DNA of 63,675 nt, counting the filler, from Salisapilia sapeloensis CBS 127946 (lineage: Eukaryota > Protista > Oomycota), in the NCBI GenBank assembly GCA_023334545.1. It is 5 parts of 5 records of this genome, joined end to end, with 100 filler letters (N's around TTAATTAATTAA, not from the genome) between each part and the next. Parts side by side here need not be neighbours in the genome. Positions count along the whole stretch, not along the records: positions 21,573 to 26,793 come from JAADVB010000630.1; positions 26,894 to 48,324 come from JAADVB010000284.1; 3 more parts are not named here. One strand, 5' to 3'. The position numbers and the translations under genes are program-made. Below are positions 22,299 to 30,722 of this stretch, in pieces; the first letter of the stretch is position 1, and the number at the start of each line of letters is the position of its first letter. The notes under the pieces are model-generated. The model made no database searches and was not told the origin of the DNA. It saw nothing but the letters and a program-made list of their open reading frames with translations.

Positions 22299-22317
22299 CC
22301 TCACTTTCCGATTTGCG
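22299..22317 (+). promoter_or_regulatory. Oomycete-type INR+FPR core promoter of the PX-RING gene
   Basis: CCTCACTTTCCGATTTGCG fits YCAYTYY followed by the WTTT flanking element, about 90 nt upstream of ATG 22403. Confidence 0.6.
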
Positions 22318-22402
22318 CCGAAACCCTCAAGCCGAACTTGAAGAGGATCAGACTCAAGCCACACACGACTTCAAGCAGAATACACGAAACACTGAACCCA
22401 AG

Positions 22403-23251
22403 ATGGAAGTGATCACGGAACCCGCGGTGCGACGCCTGCTCAAGGCGCGCGCGCAAGACATGGAGAAGCTGGAGATCCGCACCAAGTCGCTCTCGGCCTC
22501 CATCAACTACCTCGAGGCCACGCGCTTCACCTTTTACAAGCTGCAGATCCAGCCGACGCACGCGCCGGCCAAGTCATCCTGGACGCTCGCCAAGCGGTAC
22601 TCGGACTTTTACGCCTTCCGGGCCGACCTGCTGACGCGACTGCGCAAGCTCGAGAAGGCGCACGACAGCGCGGCCTCCAAGGCTGTCTCCGAGGAGCGCG
22701 CGTTCGTCCGCGAGTGCCTGCAGCGCCACGTGCTGGAGGCAGATTTCCCGAAAAAGTACCTCCGCAGCGACAACGAGGCCATCACAGCGGAGCGGAGGAC
22801 CAAGCTGCAGGAGTTTGTCCGCGGACTCTTGGACGCCTACGCCGAGATGGCGGCGTACCTGTACAATCGCCAGCGCGCTGGGTCGTCCACGTGCGAGAAC
22901 GACGGCGAGGATGCGGACTTGGTAAAGCAGACGTACGCTCGGATCGAGAAGTTTCTGATGGTGCCCGAGAGTCAGAAGGAGGCGGACCGTCGGCAGGCCG
23001 CTGCGATCTTGGCACTGGAAGATGCGAACGAAGTGGCGACGCACACGAGCGACTCGGAGCACACGTGCTGCATCTGCCTTGACGGAGAGGAGGAAGAAGC
23101 GGAGGGGAACCGAATGGTGAGTCTACCGTGCCGACACCTGTTCCACGAGGACTGCGTGATCGACTGGTTTTCGGCGAGCGCGACATGTCCACTGTGCCGT
23201 CAGCCTGCGTACGACGAGGAGGCTCCTGCTTTTGACGTGTCGATCAACTGA
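22403..23251 (+). CDS. PX domain + RING-H2 E3 ubiquitin ligase
   Basis: PX motifs TFYKLQI...WTLAKRYSDFYAFR...FPKK...ERRTKLQEF; RING-H2 CICL...LPCRHLFHEDCVIDW...CPLCR. Start set at ATG 22403 on promoter position and codon style. Confidence 0.88.
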   Translation: MEVITEPAVRRLLKARAQDMEKLEIRTKSLSASINYLEATRFTFYKLQIQPTHAPAKSSWTLAKRYSDFYAFRADLLTRLRKLEKAHDSAASKAVSEERAFVRECLQRHVLEADFPKKYLRSDNEAITAERRTKLQEFVRGLLDAYAEMAAYLYNRQRAGSSTCENDGEDADLVKQTYARIEKFLMVPESQKEADRRQAAAILALEDANEVATHTSDSEHTCCICLDGEEEEAEGNRMVSLPCRHLFHEDCVIDWFSASATCPLCRQPAYDEEAPAFDVSIN

Positions 23252-23702
23252 TGGCCGGTCGCGAACGAGATAAGTTTATTGTAGGAGGGGAGCGGGTCCG
23301 TCGACAGCTCGTTTGCTCCTGCTTGTGATTTAGGAAAGAGTATGAACACTGGAATGTACATTTGCATCATTGAGGCTCGTGTTGCTTTTGGTTTGGCTAG
23401 TAGATAGCTTCTTGCGTGTGTTGAAGCTGGCGGGAGAAGACCTGCGGATTGTATCCTTGCTGAGAAGTGGGAGTACGTGCCTGCAGAGGTACGCGCAGTA
23501 GACGGAGTGACTAAAAGGCCGCTTGTATTCTCCATCTACACACAAGCGGCGCAACTACCTACGTGGACGCTCCTGCACGCCCATCGGAAACGTAGCCACG
23601 TCCAGATACTCGTCACTACACCCGTGCGTCTCTCTACCAGATCCTACCACAAAAGTCGAAAGTGGTAAATCCACCGCTGCGATCCGAAGGTTGAAGTCGG
23701 TT

Positions 23703-23719
23703 TCCATTCCGCAATTTCC
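23703..23719 (+). promoter_or_regulatory. INR+FPR core promoter of the zinc-finger gene
   Basis: TCCATTCCGCAATTTCC, about 42 nt upstream of ATG 23761. Confidence 0.6.
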
Positions 23720-23760
23720 CGCCACGAGCAGCAGACCTCCGACGGCCGAGGGACGTTGCG

Positions 23761-24451
23761 ATGCCACCCAGAAGCAAGCCACCCGCAAGGTTTCCATCCT
23801 CCATCTACGACTACGCCGCCAAGCGGACGGTGGATAGAGACGTCCAGGAGCTCGACCTGGTCTCTGGCTGGTGGATCCGATGCGCCAGGTTACTTGTTCC
23901 CTCGACACGCTTTATCATTCCGTCCTCAACTCTGACATAGCTGCTTCGGAAGAAAGCAACGGCTCCGACATCCGTTCGACCCAGACGCCTGGTACCAACA
24001 CAAGCGCAAGCCTTCGCACCAGGCCACGGCCGAGGCCATGGGCGGAAACTCGGGCGCCGCCACGCTGCATTCCAACGTCGACGTCGACTTCGCTACAATC
24101 CTGAACGCGTCCGCTGAGCGAGACATGGGTCTTATCAGCGTGCACCAGCAAGCGGTGGATTCGCGTGTGGAGCGAGATCGCAAGGCAGAGGATGCGATCC
24201 TTGCGCTGACGAGGCTCGTCACGGAGCAGCAGCAGGACATCGCTCAACTATATGCAGTCGTCCACGGTCTAAAGAAGCGAGTCTCGCTTTCAGAGCAAGA
24301 AAAGAGTGCAAACGCGCCAGCCATGTCCGATGAGCGAGACAGGAAGCAACACTGTGGGCTAGATGACAGCGCATCTACCAACAGCCTCTCTAGGAATGAC
24401 GATAGTACGAACATCATTGCGTCACTTGTGGACTCATCCTCGTCTCCTTGA
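23761..24451 (+). CDS. Hypothetical protein (212 aa) with N-terminal C2H2-like zinc finger and coiled coil, 2 exons
   Basis: Intron 23889-23940 joins MPPRSK...GWWIRCAS to CFGRKQRLRHPFDPDAWYQHKRKPSH and continues into ORF 24038-24451. Confidence 0.68.
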
Positions 24452-24531
24452 AGGATAGCTTTTCGGCAATTGGACTAAGTCATCAGGTTCACATTCATTT
24501 CACTCGCTTAGGCTAGACCGCTAGACTGTTT

Positions 24532-24992
24532 CTACTGGTTGCGACGTCCTCCGCGCTTGTTGTACCAACGGTACTTGCACCACGGCCAGCGGTACGATCC
24601 ACGATAGCATCGGGAGTCAAATCGGCACCACGGCCAGCTACGGGAGCCCCGGAAGCACCGTCTTCTGAAGCGCTCCGCCATTTCCTCCGACACTTCATCG
24701 TCCGCCATCATACCCTCGTCTTCCGCAAGAGCAAAGTCTTCATACGCGATGTCATCCTCCATAAAGGCGAGATCTTGGTTCTCCGCTTCATCCATTGCAA
24801 AGCCAGCGTCTTGGTTCTCCGTTCCGTCATCTCCTTCCAAGTGGCGGAGCTGGGTACCTGCATCATGACAAGTTTAGTATCGGTGGGAACGAAGCGCTAG
24901 CATGGCGGGACGTTACCGGTCGGGGTGGCGGCAGCGTAGGACGTCGCAGCGACGGTAGCAACCGTTAAGGCGAAGAGCGTGGCAGATTTCAT
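24532..24992 (-). CDS. Secreted prepro-peptide (133 aa): signal peptide, acidic pro-region, cationic Arg/Trp/Cys-rich tandem-repeat C-terminal peptide (antimicrobial-peptide-like)
   Basis: Exon 1 24992-24917 (MKSATLFALTVATVAATSYAAATPT), 59-nt intron 24916-24858 (GTAACG...ACTAAAC...GCAG), exon 2 24857-24532 in frame; upstream INR/FPR element. Confidence 0.85.
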
Positions 24993-25050
24993 CGTGGAGA
25001 GTGGTGCGATCGAAGTGGAAGGTTGGATGGAGTCTTGCGTGGGGCGAAGC

Positions 25051-25066
25051 AAATTCGCAGATGAGC
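25051..25066 (-). promoter_or_regulatory. INR+FPR core promoter of the prepro-peptide gene
   Basis: GCTCATCTGCGAATTT matches 15 of 16 positions of the oomycete core consensus GCTCATTYBNNNWTTY, 58 nt upstream of ATG 24992. Confidence 0.7.
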
Positions 25067-25498
25067 TTTGGTGGCGAGCGCGATGGAGTGGGCGAGTTCC
25101 AGGGCGTCTCGAGGAATTGCGCCGAGCGTCTGCGAGAAATGGCCGGACAGGGCGTTGCTTGACTCCAAGTTTGGACGATATTTCCTGTCGACAGGAGTCG
25201 ACATCGTAAGACTCTTCCTGAGCGTGTTCCGAGGTCATGCGTCTATTAAACCGCCGACGCTAGCATCTTTCCGATACTTATCACGAGCACTGAAGCACAA
25301 TGAAGCTGGATTCATTTCGACCTCCGCTCTGGTCGCTAGGTTTCCACGTGCAGCATGTCACTCGGACAGGCATACGGCAAGCTCCTGTCTATCGATAGCG
25401 ATGCGAAAGGATTCGGACACACGTAAGCAAATGCTCGGTCGGCACGTTGACCGGTGAACTAGACTTCTCTTCGCGAGACGACTACGACTACGTTCCAT

Positions 25499-26725
25499 TC
25501 ACTCGTTACGATCCTCCTCGTCCAGCGCGTTCTCTACATCTTCTTCTCTTCCCCACTCTCCATCTTGGGCATCCGCCACCTCCTCCGTGGCCTGAAGCCA
25601 GTTGGTCTCCAGTACCTCCCTCACCGACATGCGCTTCACAGGGTTCACCGTCAGCAACCCCTCCGCCACCTCCAGTAGGTCGTCCGACAGCTTACAGATC
25701 GCAGACTGCTCGAGATACATGGCTTTGAGGTAGGCCCGGAGTCCGTCTCGTAGGAAGATTTGGAACCCGTTGTCGTCTTTGGACGCCGAGTCGAACAAAG
25801 GCTTCTTCGTCAGCAGCGTGATCAGGATGATGCCCATAGCCCACGTGTCGGCCTTCATCATATCGACAAGACGGCCGTCCTGCGTCGCCTTTGTCGGACT
25901 CCCGCTCCCGCTCCTCCCTGTGCTGCGGAGAGATCCAGCCATATTAGCGTTCGCGTACAGCTCCGGCGCGGTGTACATCTTCCGCTGGGGCGGAGGTCGC
26001 TTGAGCGGCTGCGGCGCGTTCTCGGGGCCGACGAAGACCGCCCGATCAAAGTCTCCGACCTTGAGCACGTTGTCCTGTGTGATGAACAGGTTCTCGAGCG
26101 CCAGGTCTGCGTGGGCGACACCGACGGCGTGCAAGAACCCGACGCCGATGCAGAGGTGGTGGAAGAGCTTCTTGACCTCCTCCTCGGAAGGAGACTCGAT
26201 GAGAGGCAGGTCCGGGTCCGGCGTGTCGATGTACGCATTCCGCATGTTGCCGAGCTCGCAGAACTCGAAGATCAGGTGCACCCGGTCCTTGAAGGCAAAG
26301 TGACCGCACAGACGGACGATGTTCGGGTGCACGATGCCCACCTGCGTCCGTAGGACGTGCCAGATGTAGTTCTGGATCTCGAGCTCGTTCTGCAGCGTCC
26401 CGAGCGTCTCGCTCGCCTTCTCCTTGCGGACGCACTTTTCCACGAAGAGGTAGGTTTCTCCCTTGCGCTGGAGCTTGGCGTCCGACACGACGTTGACTCT
26501 CCGGAGAGGGTCCAGTTTCTGGCACAAGTTCCACTCGGTCGACAGGTTCTGCAGTCGAGTGAACGGTTTCGGGACGCTGGACGACACGATGGACTTTTGC
26601 CGACGCGTTGCCGCTGCTCGCCGACCGGAGGGCATCGCTGCCAGCGCAGGGCTCGTCGCCGCCGTCTCGCTCTTCCTGCTCGCTTCACTCCGATTATCCT
26701 GCGGCTCCGACTGTCGGTTCCCCAT
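25499..26725 (-). CDS. Atypical Ser/Thr protein kinase or pseudokinase (CAMK-like) with possible N-myristoylation site
   Basis: MGNRQS start; HPNIVRL, IFEFCELG, HADLALEN, KVGDFD, YTAPE, KADTWAMG and VKRMSV; no clear Gly-rich loop. Confidence 0.85.
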   Translation of the reverse strand: MGNRQSEPQDNRSEASRKSETAATSPALAAMPSGRRAAATRRQKSIVSSSVPKPFTRLQNLSTEWNLCQKLDPLRRVNVVSDAKLQRKGETYLFVEKCVRKEKASETLGTLQNELEIQNYIWHVLRTQVGIVHPNIVRLCGHFAFKDRVHLIFEFCELGNMRNAYIDTPDPDLPLIESPSEEEVKKLFHHLCIGVGFLHAVGVAHADLALENLFITQDNVLKVGDFDRAVFVGPENAPQPLKRPPPQRKMYTAPELYANANMAGSLRSTGRSGSGSPTKATQDGRLVDMMKADTWAMGIILITLLTKKPLFDSASKDDNGFQIFLRDGLRAYLKAMYLEQSAICKLSDDLLEVAEGLLTVNPVKRMSVREVLETNWLQATEEVADAQDGEWGREEDVENALDEEDRNE

Positions 26726-26793
26726 GGCGCTGCTCTCGAGTGAAGACGCGTCGTATCAGCAAACGATCATTCATATCCTCCACATCGGTTTCA

Positions 26794-26893
26794 NNNNNNN
26801 NNNNNNNNNNNNNNNNNNNNNNNNNNNNNNNNNNNNNTTAATTAATTAANNNNNNNNNNNNNNNNNNNNNNNNNNNNNNNNNNNNNNNNNNNN
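26794..26893. other. Artificial contig-joining spacer
   Basis: 44 N + TTAATTAATTAA + 44 N. Confidence 0.97.
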
Positions 26894-26894
26894 C

Positions 26895-27137
26895 CTCGAG
26901 TACTTGTGCGCTGAAATCCTTGAGCTCGCCGGTAACGCCGCTCGTGACCACAAGAAGACGCGTATCATCCCGCGTCACATTCAGATGGCCGTCCGTAACG
27001 ATGAAGAGCTCAACAAGCTCCTTGGCGACGTCACGATCGCCCAGGGTGGTGTCATGCCGAACATCCACAACGTCCTTTTGCCCAAGAAGAGTGCTTCCAG
27101 CGGCAAGAAGGGTGCTTCCGTCTCCCAAGACTACTAA
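26895..27137 (+). CDS. H2AX: Histone H2A, H2A.X-type C-terminus (5'-truncated)
   Basis: [43 protein letters not shown]...GGVMPNIH; ends in SQDY, the SQ[E/D]-hydrophobic ATM/ATR phosphorylation motif. Confidence 0.92.
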   Translation, partial: LEYLCAEILELAGNAARDHKKTRIIPRHIQMAVRNDEELNKLLGDVTIAQGGVMPNIHNVLLPKKSASSGKKGASVSQDY

Positions 27138-27611
27138 GCTCCTTTGCGTGCTCGTGGCTTAAACGCCATTGACGTTTCTCCATGCCTCCTTTTATCTAAG
27201 TAAAAGAAATGTCTTTTTGCATCATTATGTTCCTCCTTTTCTTTGCTTCCTATGCTATAAATCTACCATAGCTCTGTTATGAGCATTGCTAACAGTACAA
27301 AAGGTAGCTTTATGAAGTCTGTACGCTCTAGCTAACGTACTTTAGTCGTTGCGCTGGTGAAGTGGGTGGGAAGCTTGCTGTCACTAAATGCTAGAAGACA
27401 GTATAGTCCGATAGGTATGACGTCCTCCCAGTTGGGTTTACAGAGAGGAGAACTACGGATGAGATAACAAGGTACTAAGGCAAATAACCATAGACAGTAT
27501 CTTCCACTTGCACCAATTCCATTTCTTGCATTCAATTTATATAGCTACGCTTGGCCGATAGACACGGAGTTGTGCATGACTAGGTGGGAAACACAACACA
27601 TACTCATCATA

Positions 27612-30541
27612 CTATTGTACTTCCACAGCTTCTTGATGATCGGACTCACCCGATCTGTCAGTCGCCTCTCTTATCTCCTTCTTTAGTGCCACTCGAACTT
27701 CACGACTGTACTGGACCATATTGACAAACTCCCGTCGCCACTCCTGCTGCGTTGTCTGAAGCTCTTGCTCTTGCTGGTTAATCCTTTCGCCCAAAGCAAC
27801 GATATTGGCACGAGCGACTGGATCGGAGCTCACGACTGCTTTCGCGAGCGAGTCCTTGCATTCTCTTAGAGTAGTCCGAACGGTCGTCTTAATACGTGCT
27901 AGCTTCCAGCATCGATCATGGGAAGTTGGTAGGATCTGAGGCACATCGGCTGATGGATTTGCTAACGAACGGACTTGTTCAAGCACGTTTGGGGAGTATA
28001 TGACCACCTTGGCCACCGCCCCAATGCGTTTTGCTTGCAATTGACGTAGCTGCTGTCGATGCTCCTGCAAATCCTTGTTTAGTCTCGATGCGCGTCTAAA
28101 CTCTTGCTTGGCAGAGTAATGACGGACAGCATTCGCCATCTGCGTCACTTGTACCTCGAGCTTATGAATGTGATCGTTTAACAAGTCGTAGTTGCTTTCA
28201 ACGGAAGAAGCGAGCGGATCTTCGTCGAAATCGATTGCCGTGGTATCGGTGTCGACTACAGAGAGAGCGCTGGATGTTGCAGGTGCAGGTGCTCTTGTTG
28301 GTGGCGGACGAGAGACAGGAGGGTCTGCATGCTGCTGTGCGTATCGTTGTTCATGCTGCCGTAGAATCTGTTCGTAAACTTCGCGTCCCATGGCTTCTTG
28401 TCGCCATTGTGCAGGTGCTTGCTGACGCGACGCAGGTATTTCATTGCTACTGTCTGATGCTGGATGTGGACGCTTACGAGTCCCTTCACCTGTTTCCTTC
28501 GGCAAAGTCTCGACGGCAGTGGAAGGTGTAATCGGAGCTGCATCCAGAGGAGTGGGATCGATCGAAGGGAATATACTCGAGGTATTTGTCGGGGACAAAA
28601 TTGAGCTAACTGCCGGAGAAGCTGTCGAAACAGCTGGAGGAGGCGTACTGGTGTCAACTGTAGCGGGCTTACTGAAAGCAAAATCAGTAGACGTACTGGA
28701 GGCAACTGCAGGTGTAATTGAGGCGGGAGTAGAAGGTGTAGCTGCTGAAGATGATGTAGCATCTGGATGCTGGACGGCAGGTGATGTTGTTTGCGTCGGT
28801 ATAGTAGATTTGACTTTTAAATCCACCGTAGATGCCTGTGCGGCTGTAGACGAGGTGGACTGCGTCGTAGGAGGTATTGACACCGTTGGCTTTGGTGCCG
28901 AAGGCACTGACACTGATCCTGTGGACGCCGGGGCTATTGACGCTTGCATCTTAGATGCGGGAGATACCGTCGATTTCTTCGAGACTGCAGGCTCTTTTGC
29001 TGATTGCTTGGATGCCGTAGATAGTGCTGCCTGCTGCTTAGACACCGTCGGCTTTGGTGCTGACTGCTTCGATACGGCAGGTGCTGATGGTGTCGTCGTT
29101 GGTTGCTTAGACGCCGCATTTACTGGTATGGACTCTCTAGGGGCTGAACGTGTCGGTTTTGATTGTGCTGGAGCTGAAGGTGCCGACGCTGATTGTTTAG
29201 ACACGTGAGGTTCTGTTGCTGTCTGTTTCGGAGCTGAAGAGGTCTGCGCTGACTGTCTCGGCGGTGGATTCGCCGGAATCGAAGAACTAGGAGCTGAAAT
29301 TGGCGATGCAAACTGCCTCGGTGTTGGGGGGCCTGGCATCCACGGTCTAGGAGACGAGTGCATCGGTCTTGGCTGTCCAGGTGGTGGTGGTTGTCCCGGC
29401 ATCCACTTTCGAGTAGCAACAGGTGCTGAAGGTGCCGACGTCGACTGGCTAAATGCTGGAGGCATCGCAGCCGTTGGCTTCGGAGCTGATGACACTGGTG
29501 TCGATTGTGGACGTGCTGGCGTACATTGCGTTTGTTGCTTGTGTGATGGAGGCACTGATACTGACTGGCTAGTTGCTGAGGGTACAGAAGGTTGTTGTTT
29601 TGGAGCTGGACTAGCCGTGTGCTGAGTCGTTGATGAAAGGTTTGACGTTTTCTGCTGTGCTGTAGACTGCTTATTCTGGCGTAAAAGTGGTGCAACGGAC
29701 GTGGGGTTTACGCTCGGGGCTTGTTGCACCTTTTTCCTACTTTCGAGTATAGCTGGCGTTTCAATAGAGACTGGTGACCGACTAGGTGTTGCCGATCGCG
29801 AAGACTGAGATGAGGTCTGTGTAACAGTAGGTTTCGGATGAGGCTGCGTCGGTTTCTGGCCAGTTGCAGAGTTCCCTGTATCCTTCTCCTTTTCCTTCTC
29901 TTTTTCCTGTTCCTCTTTTCTCTTTTTCAACGTCTCTTTCGCTAGTTGAAAGAAGTCCTTTGCCCAGGATGATTTTGCCAGCATCTTTCCACTGGCATCT
30001 ATTAAAGGTAGCGTGATGAGTTGCTGTAGTTTTTAGTATGTGAAGATGATCCTTTCTACCGTCAGTGGCGAAGCAGTGATGGACAGGACCTTGTCGACCT
30101 AGCAGCGATAGGACATGGGGTTTACTTGAACAGTCTCCACAAAAATGGGTGTCACATTCGTGACACCAAAGAGCTCGCTTCTTTAAGCCACACATAGAAC
30201 ATACCGCTGTGAGAATAAGAGAAGGAAGAGTTAGATTAAACGAGCCATGCTATCATGCGAAGGACATATACCTTTATGCTGAGATTCATAGTCACAGTTT
30301 TTGCATTTCGTTGTTCCTTTTGTGTCCGTATACTGCAGACGCAGATGACACTTGGCACATTTTGTCGCCGTGATACCATGGACTATACGTATAAAGCAAC
30401 ATACTTTCAGTCCATACTCCTCCAAATCTAATATAAAGCGTATTATAGCATACGGTGAAGTTGCTTATCCACTTTCTCATTGCACCCAGCCGTGGCTTTT
30501 AATATGTCTTCCGGCCAAGCCTCGCTCGATGCCTCGTCCAT
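27612..30541 (-). CDS. Zinc-finger/B-box protein with long Pro/Ser/Thr/Ala-rich disordered linker and C-terminal coiled coils, 4 exons
   Basis: Short 5' exons splice to give CAKC..CKNC..CSMC..CHECDTHFCGDCSSKPH...HHC, then join ORF 27612-29984 via phase-1 introns; start ATG 30541 inferred. Confidence 0.7.
29030..29460. repeat. Degenerate coding tandem repeats (SKQ-S/P/Q-A...PSAP units)
   Basis: Repeated peptide units SKQSASAPSAP, SKQPTTTPSAP, SKQSAPKP, SKQQAA and SKQSAKEP; the DNA segment GCTGAAGGTGCCGACG occurs near 29173 and 29425. Confidence 0.55.
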
Positions 30542-30722
30542 CGTTTTTCGAGTACCTGTCACGCATTCTGTCCGTCCGGTTATATTAGTCTTCTTTTGTA
30601 TGTTATAATCAGTTTATTACGTATTTTCGACGATATAAAGCTACTTCATGTCACTTTGTAGCTCCTGAAGCAAGTACCTAAAAAAGGAGACGTCAGGGGG
30701 ATCGACTAGTACCGAACGAGGC

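Noticed and set aside
21950-22402. N-terminal extension of the PX-RING ORF
   Set aside because: It overlaps the kinase stop, looks like intergenic sequence and contains the INR/FPR element; ATG 22403 is the better start.
27138-27200. Histone 3' stem-loop after H2A
   Set aside because: No canonical 6-bp stem / 4-nt loop element is visible.
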